Source of the DNA: an uncultured Planctomycetaceae bacterium
GTDB lineage: Bacteria; Planctomycetota; Planctomycetia; Pirellulales; Lacipirellulaceae
Length of the DNA stretch: 24,000 nt
Reading direction: 5' to 3'
Assembly (NCBI GenBank): GCA_937925545.1
Contig: CALALR010000040.1
Span: 125,258-149,257, forward strand
Below, one piece after another: positions 14,456-22,522 of the stretch. Made by a program: the position numbers and the translations under genes. The notes under the pieces were generated by a model. That model did not search any database. It was not told the DNA's origin and worked only from the letters and a program-made list of their open reading frames with translations. Positions within the stretch are counted from its first letter, which is position 1; each line of letters starts with the position of its first letter.

Positions 14456-17439
14456 GTTACCACCAGATCTCGGCTGGGGCTATCGAGGAGATGCCGAAGT
14501 TCGGGCATTAATCCGTAAGCCAATGCGAGGATTTTCACTGGGTGGATGGTTGGCTTTGTCGTGCTTTGCTCCATTTGGATCTTGCATGTGCTGCACTCCG
14601 TAGTCCCTGCTGTAAAGTGGCCTGTGCGCATCGCGGTAATCAGAGGCAAGCCAGCTCGCAGACTTTCGCGGTAGTTCTCCCTTTGAAATCCGTACATTCC
14701 AGCAATCCCGCTACATCCTTTCTCGATATGTTGGATATCGATGCCGGGAATCAGTCTCAATAAGTGGGGAGTTGGTGTGCCAATCCCCAAGGCTTTTAGA
14801 TGACATGGAACATGGTAGCCAAGTGAATTTTCTAGCCTGTCGAAATTCAAAAGTAACTTTCCCTTCTGATGAAGTCGCCAGAGATAATGGCAGGCTTCAT
14901 ACGTGTTCTGTGAAACCATTACGGCATCTTGATCATCAGGCAGAAGTTGCAAATACTCGTGAGTCAACGCTAGAACTGCAGACGGCTCCGTCGCGACGAT
15001 GGTGTATCCTTGGCGAATTGCCTCGGCCATCAAAGCCACATTTTCCTCAGCAACTTTGCGTGCCAGGCTTAGCTTGCCTTGAGCGATGGCAGGCATGCCA
15101 GACTCGTGTTGCCGAGGAGGGACGTACACTGGTACTCCATTGTGCTCCAGGACTGCCACAAACGCCTCGGCCAGTTGATTGTCGCAATAGTTGGCGTAGG
15201 TATCAACGAAATAAAGAACTTTCTCCAATCCATGCTTTTCGGGCAATTGGATGACCTGTTGAGAAGTAGATTGGAGGTACGAAGATTGCCTAAAGCGAGG
15301 TAGCTTTCGATGGCGTGATATACCCAACACTTTTTCAATCACCCACCGGGCGAATTGATTGCCTACCGCCCAGTTTGCAATCCGCTCATATCGCGAACCA
15401 TAGTAGCAGAGTTTGTCTACATGACTCATGAACCAGTTGTGTAAAGATTCCCCGTTCGTTGCCAGATAGGAGGCTTTTGCCTCGACCATAAGTTTGGGAA
15501 TGTTCACATTTGCTGGACACTCAAGCCGACACATGTGGCAGTGGACACATAAATCTGCGATCTCTTTACACGCACTTTCGAGTAGAATATCGGAGGGTAG
15601 TTCGCCCGTCAGGACACCCCTGGCCAGATTTGCCTTCGCGCGAGGTGAAGCCTCTTCGCGAGGAGCAAACCGAAAGATGGGGCACATCCGTGAGTCTTCC
15701 GAGGAGGTGCGGCATGCTCCACAACCGTTGCAAGTTCGGGCAGCGTGGGCCATTTCTTCTGGTTGCCAGGCCAATTGCAGTTCGATTCGTGGCGGCTTGG
15801 GTGAGTCTTCCGCCGGTGTATCCGATGCCGGTGTGAAAACCGAATCCAATAACGGATAACGCACATGCCGTAGATTGCTGGTCAAACCGCGAACCTCTGT
15901 GGGAACGATCTTTCCGGGATTCAGCAGATAGTTTGGATCGAAGAGTTGCTTCACTTCCCGAAATGCGGATGCCAAGGGTCCGAATTGTCGGGCAACGAAC
16001 GGCGTGCGACTTAGTCCATCGCCGTGCTCGCCGCTGATCGTGCCCCCCACGCGCCACACTTCTTCATAAAGTTGATCTGCCAGAAGATCCATCCTGCTGA
16101 TGTCCTCTGAGTTGGCAAGATCGAGAAAAGGACGAAAATGCAATTGGCCATGTCCCACATGTCCAAAAAGTGAAGTCGTTGTCTGCTCTTGCCTGAAGAT
16201 TTGCTGCGCTCGGGGCAAGAACTCGGGCAAGCTCTCCGGTGGGACGGCTATGTCTTCTACAAAGGGTAACGGTCGGGTAAGTCCTCTCAAGCGGTACAAC
16301 GTGGGAGTGTAATGCCGGGCAAGTTGCCATAAAAGTTCGTGATCGAGACTGTCGGCCGCTATGTATGCTCCCGCAGCTAGCCGCAATTTGTCTTTCACCA
16401 GAGCGACCGTCTGGGCAAGCCGTGCATAGACTTCATCCAAGGTGTCTGCCTGGAATTCAACCAGGAGTACTGCCTCAGCTTCGACGGGAATGAGAAACTC
16501 ATAGCGGGGGTCGCTCTCTCGGGCAATGCTCAAGTGGCGGCGGTCCATAAGATCGCAGGCACTTGGCCCCAGTTCTGCCAGTTCGAGTGTGGCGTGTGCT
16601 GCTTTATCCAGAGATTCGAAATAAAGCAACACACTACTCGCGTGCTCCGGCAGGGGCAGTGTTTTGAGTGTGACTTCAGTGACCAGTCCCAGAGTTCCTT
16701 CGCTGCCGACCATCAACTTTGCCAGATCGAGTTGTGAACCACCGAAATCAGGGTGCCGCAATTCGCCGAGTTGGTATCCACTACAATTCACTCGACTTTT
16801 GGGCAAATGGGTACGCAACGCCTCGTCATTTTCCTCTAGGATCTCCGAGAGACTAGCGACTAATTGCTCCGCCTCGGTTTCGGGCTCCTTCAAAGGAACA
16901 TCATGTCTGGCGAATTCCCTAACCTGGCCATCGGCCATGACAACCTGCATTGACTCAACATAGCGTCGAGTTGATCCAACCACAGGCCAATGGCTTCCCG
17001 AAGCATCGAGCGCGACCATGCTGCCAATGGTCGTTACTTGTTTGGTGGCGGGGTCTGGTCCGAAATATTTTCCTCGACCAGCGAGGTGGCGGTTGAGATC
17101 GTCGAGAACAACGCCTGCTTCAACTCGCACGGTGTCTTCGCCCACTTTCAGCACTCTGTGCAGGTAGCGAGAAAAATCCACCACCAGCCCACGGCCTAAG
17201 GCACCTCCAGCGAGTCCCGAACCACTCCCCCGAGCATGAAGTGAAATCTCGTTGGCAGCAGCATACCGCACGGTCGCTACGACATCGTCCACACTGCGTG
17301 GCCGCACAACGCCGAGTGGAGGGATTTCGTAAATGCTCCCGTCGCTAGCATAGAGCTGCACGAAGAGATCGTCGCAATGGACGTCGCCCGCAATCTGCCC
17401 CCGCAAATCTTCTTGGATCCGCTGCCTTTCGACTTCCAT
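14452..17439 (-). CDS. Large FAD-binding + 4Fe-4S + CCG-like domain oxidoreductase (E. coli YdiJ-like; GlcD-GlcF-type fusion)
   Basis: ATG at 17439, 995 aa. N-terminal PCMH-type FAD domain (RPRSVDDVVATVRYAAANEISLHARGSGSGLAGGA). Two ferredoxin-type motifs (CNGCGACRTSSEDSRMCP and CVHCHMCRLECP). The C-terminal Cys-rich GlcF/HdrD-like region includes PCHLKALG and GCSGIAGMYG. Confidence 0.9.
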   Translation of the reverse strand: MEVERQRIQEDLRGQIAGDVHCDDLFVQLYASDGSIYEIPPLGVVRPRSVDDVVATVRYAAANEISLHARGSGSGLAGGALGRGLVVDFSRYLHRVLKVGEDTVRVEAGVVLDDLNRHLAGRGKYFGPDPATKQVTTIGSMVALDASGSHWPVVGSTRRYVESMQVVMADGQVREFARHDVPLKEPETEAEQLVASLSEILEENDEALRTHLPKSRVNCSGYQLGELRHPDFGGSQLDLAKLMVGSEGTLGLVTEVTLKTLPLPEHASSVLLYFESLDKAAHATLELAELGPSACDLMDRRHLSIARESDPRYEFLIPVEAEAVLLVEFQADTLDEVYARLAQTVALVKDKLRLAAGAYIAADSLDHELLWQLARHYTPTLYRLRGLTRPLPFVEDIAVPPESLPEFLPRAQQIFRQEQTTTSLFGHVGHGQLHFRPFLDLANSEDISRMDLLADQLYEEVWRVGGTISGEHGDGLSRTPFVARQFGPLASAFREVKQLFDPNYLLNPGKIVPTEVRGLTSNLRHVRYPLLDSVFTPASDTPAEDSPKPPRIELQLAWQPEEMAHAARTCNGCGACRTSSEDSRMCPIFRFAPREEASPRAKANLARGVLTGELPSDILLESACKEIADLCVHCHMCRLECPANVNIPKLMVEAKASYLATNGESLHNWFMSHVDKLCYYGSRYERIANWAVGNQFARWVIEKVLGISRHRKLPRFRQSSYLQSTSQQVIQLPEKHGLEKVLYFVDTYANYCDNQLAEAFVAVLEHNGVPVYVPPRQHESGMPAIAQGKLSLARKVAEENVALMAEAIRQGYTIVATEPSAVLALTHEYLQLLPDDQDAVMVSQNTYEACHYLWRLHQKGKLLLNFDRLENSLGYHVPCHLKALGIGTPTPHLLRLIPGIDIQHIEKGCSGIAGMYGFQRENYRESLRAGLPLITAMRTGHFTAGTTECSTCKIQMEQSTTKPTIHPVKILALAYGLMPELRHLLDSPSRDLVVT

Positions 17440-17502
17440 GGTGCGTGATACCTATTGAATTGCGGGTTGGTTCGGGTGCGAACTCGAGGGAGGTTCGGTC
17501 AC

Positions 17503-17985
17503 TTATACAGGAGGCGCCGCATGCCGTTGTGTTTCGGCAAGTCGTGCCTGAAGTTGCCGATAGCGCTCATGCGTTTCCAGGTCGAAGTTTCCATGGGAAT
17601 CCATCTCCGCCACTCCGCGATATTGGGCCTGGCACCGGTAGCACATCAGTGCATCTCCGACCAATGTGTATAGCAGCACGTCAACGAGAGCCGTGGCAAA
17701 CAGGATTCCGAATGTCCAGGGCAAGTTGGCGTAGTACCAGGCAATCGAGCTCCCCACGATTCCTATGGCTACGATGAGCACACCCAGACGCTGAGGAAAA
17801 TCCTTGCGGACAAACAGGTCGGTACTGGGACAGACCAAACATCGCCGTACTCGATTTTCCTCCACCGCGTCGGTCGGCACTGTGAGTTGCTGCTGGCAAT
17901 GGGGACATGTTAGTTCTCGAGTCGCGGCATCGAAGTTGGACCGCACCGGGGCTGCGCAGGCTGGGCACGCGTAAGTCACATTCAC
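17503..17985 (-). CDS. Membrane protein with zinc-ribbon CxxC pairs flanking a two-helix TM hairpin, function unknown
   Basis: GTG start at 17985 with AGGAAGAG 8 nt upstream. CPAC..CPHC forms an N-terminal ribbon. CLVC is then followed by two hydrophobic helices and CYRC. I recognise no family. Confidence 0.6.
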   Translation of the reverse strand: MNVTYACPACAAPVRSNFDAATRELTCPHCQQQLTVPTDAVEENRVRRCLVCPSTDLFVRKDFPQRLGVLIVAIGIVGSSIAWYYANLPWTFGILFATALVDVLLYTLVGDALMCYRCQAQYRGVAEMDSHGNFDLETHERYRQLQARLAETQRHAAPPV

Positions 17986-18039
17986 GGCAATTCTCTTCCT
18001 AGGGTTGGTCGCTAAACCGCACGTCGGCGGTATTCCTCA

Positions 18040-18873
18040 TTATAGAGGAAAGAGCGACTGGGCAGACAGTAGCAGAGCCATGGTTTCACCGACAAACGTG
18101 CCGATGACCGCAACGTAAAGAATCCCCGTCGCGCTCTGGGTATTGGGAATTTTGAGCGTCTGCCACGCCATCCAGGCCAGCACGGCGACCCCCACGAGCC
18201 CAAACGACCATCGCAACAGGAGAAACAGCCACCATTGTGTTGAGATTTCTTGAGCGTATTCCAGTTCGCCCCAAAGGCTGAGCGCGGAGAAAATCATTTG
18301 AAGCGCGACGGCCACTCCCATTGCCAGGATCAGTCGCCGCAGTGGGGCAAGTTCCATCGTGGGGGTATTCAGATACCAATGCCCTAACAACATCGCGGCC
18401 ATCGTCATGCCCAGGAGTAAGCCGGATGTCGATGTCGCGACAAGAGCAGCGCCGGTGGCAAACATAAAATCGGGCGACGGAAATATTTCGTGGCTGCTAT
18501 CGTGGTAGAGATCGGAATAATTCTGCCTGAAACTAATATCCTGTCGTTTCACTTGATGAATCTGAGTAACTTGAGAAAGCGCTCCTGCTAAACTTGCCAG
18601 CAAAACGGTCCCAAGCAGCACCTTGCCGGCTAGAGGCATTTCGTACAGCCAAAACACCGAACCTACGTAACTTAGCACAGCGGCTGCCAAGCAAAACCAG
18701 AAAACACCTGGAACAGCCGCATAACTCACCATTGCTGCAAGTGTCGCCAGCCCTAACGTCACATACATGTGATTGCGAAAGTAACCGCTGGTAACTTGGC
18801 GAGACGAGGTGATTGCCATCCCAGCGGCCAGCCCGAAACAGAGTCGCAGCAGGAATTGAATGAGCAAATTCAT
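18040..18873 (-). CDS. Polytopic (about 8 TM) membrane protein, function unknown
   Basis: Eight hydrophobic segments with a roughly 35-aa polar loop after TM4. The motif LLGHWYLNTP lies in TM5. I prefer the ATG at 18873 (MNLLIQF..). The track GTG at 18921 lies inside the 18911-18976 inverted repeat. Confidence 0.7.
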   Translation of the reverse strand: MNLLIQFLLRLCFGLAAGMAITSSRQVTSGYFRNHMYVTLGLATLAAMVSYAAVPGVFWFCLAAAVLSYVGSVFWLYEMPLAGKVLLGTVLLASLAGALSQVTQIHQVKRQDISFRQNYSDLYHDSSHEIFPSPDFMFATGAALVATSTSGLLLGMTMAAMLLGHWYLNTPTMELAPLRRLILAMGVAVALQMIFSALSLWGELEYAQEISTQWWLFLLLRWSFGLVGVAVLAWMAWQTLKIPNTQSATGILYVAVIGTFVGETMALLLSAQSLFPL

Positions 18874-18910
18874 TGAGCTACGAGTCGCAAAAAATTGAAC
18901 ATAGCACTCA

Positions 18911-18976
18911 GCCGGAGGCACACTTGCCTCCGGGACATCACAGAGAGGGGTTCCCGGAGGCAGGTGTGCCTCCGGC
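18911..18976. repeat. 25-bp near-perfect inverted repeat with nested hairpins
   Basis: GCCGGAGGCACACTTGCCTCCGGGA (18911-18935) pairs with TCCCGGAGGCAGGTGTGCCTCCGGC (18952-18976), 24/25 complementary, with a 16-nt loop. Each arm is itself an 8-bp hairpin (CCGGAGGC-n6-GCCTCCGG). The element starts 8 nt after the folE stop. Confidence 0.85.
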
Positions 18977-18984
18977 TAGTACAA

Positions 18985-19608
18985 TCATCGCCGATCACCA
19001 TAGATGAGTGTCATCACCTCCGAGCGACTCGAGAGATTCGTGCGGAACAGGCCCTTCATCGCCGAAGTCACGCACATGCTCTCCGGCTTGCGAATGCCGC
19101 GGATCGCCATGCAGGAGTGCGATGCCTCGATCACCACGGCGACTCCTTTGACTTCCAATTCCTGAATCAACAGGTCAGCAATCTGCTCGGTCATGCGTTC
19201 TTGCACCTGGGGACGATGAGAGACTTCCTCGACCACTCGGGCCAACTTGCTCAGTCCGACCACTTTGCCATTTGGCACATAGCCGATATGTGCCTTGCCG
19301 ATGAAGGGGAGCATATGATGCTCGCACATGCTGTTGAAAGCGATGTCTTTCACCAGCACCATTTCATCGTATTTCTCGGTGAAGAACTTCTGCAAATGGA
19401 TCTTGGGGTCCGTATGCAAGCCGCTGAATAATTCGGCGTACATGCGGGCCACCCTCGCCGGAGTCTCCCGCAAACCCTCACGCTCAGGGTCTTCTCCCAC
19501 TGCTGAGAGGATCTCGCGGACAGCTCGTTCGATGCGAGGCAAATCTACCACAGAGGACTCGCAAGTGAAGTCTTCGTCGGTCACGCAGTTAGAGATGGAG
19601 GTACTCAT
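18985..19608 (-). CDS. folE: GTP cyclohydrolase I
   Basis: Motifs [40 protein letters not shown] prefer the ATG at 19608 (MSTSISN..). The track start at 19692 is a GTG. A weak TTGACG-18-TACCAT match lies at 19679-19650 on the minus strand in the spacer. Confidence 0.92.
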   Translation of the reverse strand: MSTSISNCVTDEDFTCESSVVDLPRIERAVREILSAVGEDPEREGLRETPARVARMYAELFSGLHTDPKIHLQKFFTEKYDEMVLVKDIAFNSMCEHHMLPFIGKAHIGYVPNGKVVGLSKLARVVEEVSHRPQVQERMTEQIADLLIQELEVKGVAVVIEASHSCMAIRGIRKPESMCVTSAMKGLFRTNLSSRSEVMTLIYGDRR

Positions 19609-19702
19609 GATGATTCTACCCGAAAGATCAAACGGCCTACAAAACCTTGATGGTATGTTCCCAGCAGGGAAATCGTCAACTAACTGTTGCACTTAACAAG
19701 CT

Positions 19703-20416
19703 TCAGTTAGAGCTGAAAGGGGGGAGCGTGTTGAATAATCTCCGGTGGCGTGCCGACCGCCCGGGGTTTGCTGACTCGAGTGCTGTCAGCAATAAGGTTG
19801 CTCTTTTGTCGATATCACATTCGCCCAATAAATCGCGTTTTTCTTGAAAGTCCATCGGCAAGGCAAAACTAACCAAATCGGTGAGCACCCCCAGAGGAAT
19901 TTCTGAGGCCAAGATTTCCTTCAAGGCCTTATCCATCGATTTTCCTTGCGGAAGGAAATCTTGAAATTGTCTAGTGAGCATCGCTTGGAGATCAGAACGC
20001 TTATCGTCGTTGCCCGCCTTGTAGAAGTCGTCGAGCAAAGTGACCTCTGCTTGACGAAAGCTTCGCGTTGAGGGTAATTCGCGCTCAATGCGTATCCGCC
20101 GCATACCCAGCAGTAAAATATTGTACTCACCGTTATCAGTCCGTTGGTGCGTAACGACTTTTCCTAGGCAAGCGTGTGGCAAGAGCGGTGGATTACCCTC
20201 ATAGTCGGATTCCCAACCGGGGGCAAAAAGACACATCGCGATCAAGCCGTCGCTATCCAGGGCATCGTTCAACAGATCTCGATATCGTGGTTCAAAAATT
20301 CGCAATGGCTGAATGACATGAGGAAACATGATCAAGTCCGGCAGCGGAAACAATCGCACCGTCCCTTTGAAACGAGTCTCGTCAAAAACCAGGTCTTCTG
20401 CATTCCAAGGAACCAT
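19703..20416 (-). CDS. Stand-alone LON N-terminal (substrate-binding, PUA-like) domain protein
   Basis: ATG at 20416. VRLFPLPDLIMFPHVIQPLRIFEPRYRDLLNDAL is the typical LON-N domain opening. There is no AAA+ or protease domain. Confidence 0.85.
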   Translation of the reverse strand: MVPWNAEDLVFDETRFKGTVRLFPLPDLIMFPHVIQPLRIFEPRYRDLLNDALDSDGLIAMCLFAPGWESDYEGNPPLLPHACLGKVVTHQRTDNGEYNILLLGMRRIRIERELPSTRSFRQAEVTLLDDFYKAGNDDKRSDLQAMLTRQFQDFLPQGKSMDKALKEILASEIPLGVLTDLVSFALPMDFQEKRDLLGECDIDKRATLLLTALESANPGRSARHRRLFNTLPPFSSN

Positions 20417-20465
20417 AGTGCTTACTTCTTTCGCGGGATTATTGCTACAGGATGAAAATGCTCTG

Positions 20466-20879
20466 TCAGGCTTTCGTCGCTGAAGGCTGTAAATGTATCT
20501 CAGGAATCAAATCCGGGACAATCTCAAGTTGGGGGTACTCCTCGTCGCTAGCCAAAACTTCCGCAAAACACTCGGCATACTGCTTGCGGAAGGCATCCAA
20601 GTCGAGCCCCATATAAATCGCAGGATATTCGTTCAGGTAGTTAAGGCTGGTAAGGTAAACCTTCTTCGCTCCGCGAATATTTCCGTTTCCGAAATGATGC
20701 AGGGCAACGGCCACCTGAATCAACCCCTGATAAAACTTGCGGGCAGGGCCCCGATACTCGGTCCACAATTCCTCCCAGGTTTCGTGCGCCTCGAAGAAAT
20801 CGCAGACATTGAAATGCTCGATTCCGGCCAGATAGAGCGGATCGTAGCTATGACAATCGCTGGCTATCTCGTCGGCCAT
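20466..20879 (-). CDS. DUF309-family protein
   Basis: ATG at 20879 with GGAGAA 4 nt upstream. FNVCDFFEAHETWEELW and LIQVAVALHH match the DUF309 pattern. Confidence 0.8.
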   Translation of the reverse strand: MADEIASDCHSYDPLYLAGIEHFNVCDFFEAHETWEELWTEYRGPARKFYQGLIQVAVALHHFGNGNIRGAKKVYLTSLNYLNEYPAIYMGLDLDAFRKQYAECFAEVLASDEEYPQLEIVPDLIPEIHLQPSATKA

Positions 20880-21017
20880 GTGTTCTCCGCAGGTGGGATG
20901 ATGCGAGGGAGGGCGTACTACGAGTGATTATATGCGAGTTTTTGCTTCAGGGCCAACCGGGAGAGGTAATCTTTCTCAAGACTAGTAACGTTTGGTACTC
21001 GCTCTTTTGCCCAATCC

Positions 21018-21045
21018 TTGACAGTTCCCGCAGTGAACGGAAAAT
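21018..21045 (+). promoter_or_regulatory. Candidate sigma70-like promoter for nth
   Basis: TTGACA (21018-21023), a 16-nt spacer, then GAAAAT (21040-21045), about 120 nt upstream of the nth ATG in the divergent spacer. This is a hexamer match only. Confidence 0.2.
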
Positions 21046-21164
21046 GAAGCCACGCTTCAAGGAAATCGGAGCAAAGCATTCTTGCACCGATATTTTCCGG
21101 AAAAGTACCATTTTTCTCGCTTTTTTTGCCAAGGTAGCGTCCCATCCCAATTCCACCGACTGCC

Positions 21165-21869
21165 ATGCCACCTCAACGTGTTACCAAGGCTGCTCGGCCC
21201 ACCAAGGGAGCGAAAAAATCGGTCCCATCCGCTGATCTCAAGCGTCATGCTGCCAAGATCGTGAGGAAATTGAACTCCGATTATCCAAATGCCGATTGCG
21301 CCCTCGTGCATCAGACGCCTTTTCAATTACTAGTGGCCACGATTCTCTCAGCCCAATGTACGGACGAAAGAGTCAACATGGTCTGCAAAGACCTGTTTCG
21401 CAAATACAAAAAGCCAGCCGACTTTGCCGCGGCTCCCATCGGTGAGCTTGAAACAGCTATTAAGAGTACGGGTTTCTTCCGCAACAAAGCCAAGAACATA
21501 AAAGCCTGTAGCAAAGATTTGGTAGATAAACATAACGGCCAGGTCCCGCAAGATTTGGAGTCCCTCGTAAGCCTCGCAGGGGTCGGGCGTAAAACGGCAA
21601 ATGTGGTACTTGGAACTGCTTTTGGGATCCCAACTGGTGTTGTCGTCGATACTCACGTCGGTCGGCTCAGCCTGCGGATGGGACTTACTAAACAAAAGGA
21701 TGCCGTGAAGGTCGAACTGGACCTGATGCAACTCATTCCGCAAGATGAATGGATTGGCTTTTCGCATCGAATGATTCTCCACGGCCGACAGGTCTGCTCA
21801 GCTCGGAAACCAGACTGCAACAATTGTTCTTTAGAAAAGATTTGTCCAAAGATCGGAGTAAGTTCATAA
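21165..21869 (+). CDS. nth: Endonuclease III (DNA glycosylase/AP lyase)
   Basis: Motifs LVATILSAQCTDERVN, HhH-GPD LAGVGRKTANVVL..VVDTHV, and the 4Fe-4S loop CSARKPDCNNCSLEKIC (C-x6-C-x2-C-x5-C). It has a Lys-rich extension of about 25 aa at the N-terminus. Confidence 0.93.
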   Translation: MPPQRVTKAARPTKGAKKSVPSADLKRHAAKIVRKLNSDYPNADCALVHQTPFQLLVATILSAQCTDERVNMVCKDLFRKYKKPADFAAAPIGELETAIKSTGFFRNKAKNIKACSKDLVDKHNGQVPQDLESLVSLAGVGRKTANVVLGTAFGIPTGVVVDTHVGRLSLRMGLTKQKDAVKVELDLMQLIPQDEWIGFSHRMILHGRQVCSARKPDCNNCSLEKICPKIGVSS

Positions 21870-21878
21870 GTGCCGTTT

Positions 21879-21929
21879 GACGCGTTGCGTCGCGGCTAAC
21901 CACCAACCCCTAACCACCAACGACTCGCA
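21879..21929 (+). repeat. dcd leader module: GC hairpin + GCGGC + tandem TAACCACCAAC
   Basis: GACGC-gtt-GCGTC (21879-21891), then GCGGC, then TAACCACCAAC (21897-21907), ccc, TAACCACCAAC (21911-21921), then 8 nt, then the ATG. No SD is present. The layout parallels the trpS leader. Confidence 0.6.
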
Positions 21930-22505
21930 ATGATTCTCTCAGGCCAAGAAATCCTTCGTCGCATGGGCGATGACATCGACATCGATCCATTCGATCCTGC
22001 GAAGATCAACCCAAACAGCTATAATCTAACTCTCCACGATGAATTGATGGTCTATGAGGAAGTGGTGCTCGACATGGCCAAGGCGAATCGCGTTCGCCGG
22101 ATCGAGATTCCCAAAGAGGGGATCGTGCTGAGCCCCAACCAACTCTACCTGGGCCGCACGGTAGAGCGGACCCAGACCCACAATCTCGTGCCCCAGATCG
22201 AAGGCCGCTCGTCAGTCGGTCGGCTCGGGTTGTTCGTGCATGTGACGGCTGGCTTCGGTGACGTTGGTTTCGAGGGTTATTGGACTCTCGAAATGTTTGC
22301 CGTCCAACCGGTACGGATCTACGCCGGGACAGAAATCTGTCAAATCATCTACCATGAACTCACCGGCCCGATTGAAGAGTATTGCTCAAAGTACCAGTAC
22401 AACCACGATATCCAGCCGAGCCTCTTGTTTGAAGAACTCGATCCCGATCGAGAGAACGACCCGCAGTTGCCTCTAAACTTCGGGTTGGAGCGGTCACACG
22501 GGTAG
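21930..22505 (+). CDS. dcd: dCTP deaminase
   Basis: ATG at 21930, 191 aa. Motifs INPNSYNLTL, EGRSSVGRLGLFVH, GFEGYWTLEM (catalytic Glu region). Confidence 0.93.
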   Translation: MILSGQEILRRMGDDIDIDPFDPAKINPNSYNLTLHDELMVYEEVVLDMAKANRVRRIEIPKEGIVLSPNQLYLGRTVERTQTHNLVPQIEGRSSVGRLGLFVHVTAGFGDVGFEGYWTLEMFAVQPVRIYAGTEICQIIYHELTGPIEEYCSKYQYNHDIQPSLLFEELDPDRENDPQLPLNFGLERSHG

Positions 22506-22522
22506 AGAGATTCAGGAATCAA

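Noticed and set aside
17440-17502. Moco riboswitch expected upstream of a moa operon
   Set aside because: Only 63 nt separate the oxidoreductase gene from the preceding gene, which is too short for the Moco RNA motif. The spacer holds only short GGTTCGG/CGAAC repeats capable of 5-bp hairpins.
20918-21166. 82-aa minus-strand ORF (and overlapping 74-aa and 103-aa ORFs) in the DUF309/nth divergent spacer; its ATG shares a CATG with the nth start
   Set aside because: Three frames are open across the same stretch and none shows a recognisable domain, SD or signal sequence. The region is better explained as a divergent promoter spacer. A small protein cannot be fully excluded without conservation or ribosome-profiling data.
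21930-22505. dCTP deaminase as a defensive dCTP-depleting enzyme
   Set aside because: It is a canonical 191-aa Dcd with no fused N-terminal kinase-like or other extra domain, and it sits next to nth. This is consistent with the housekeeping gene.
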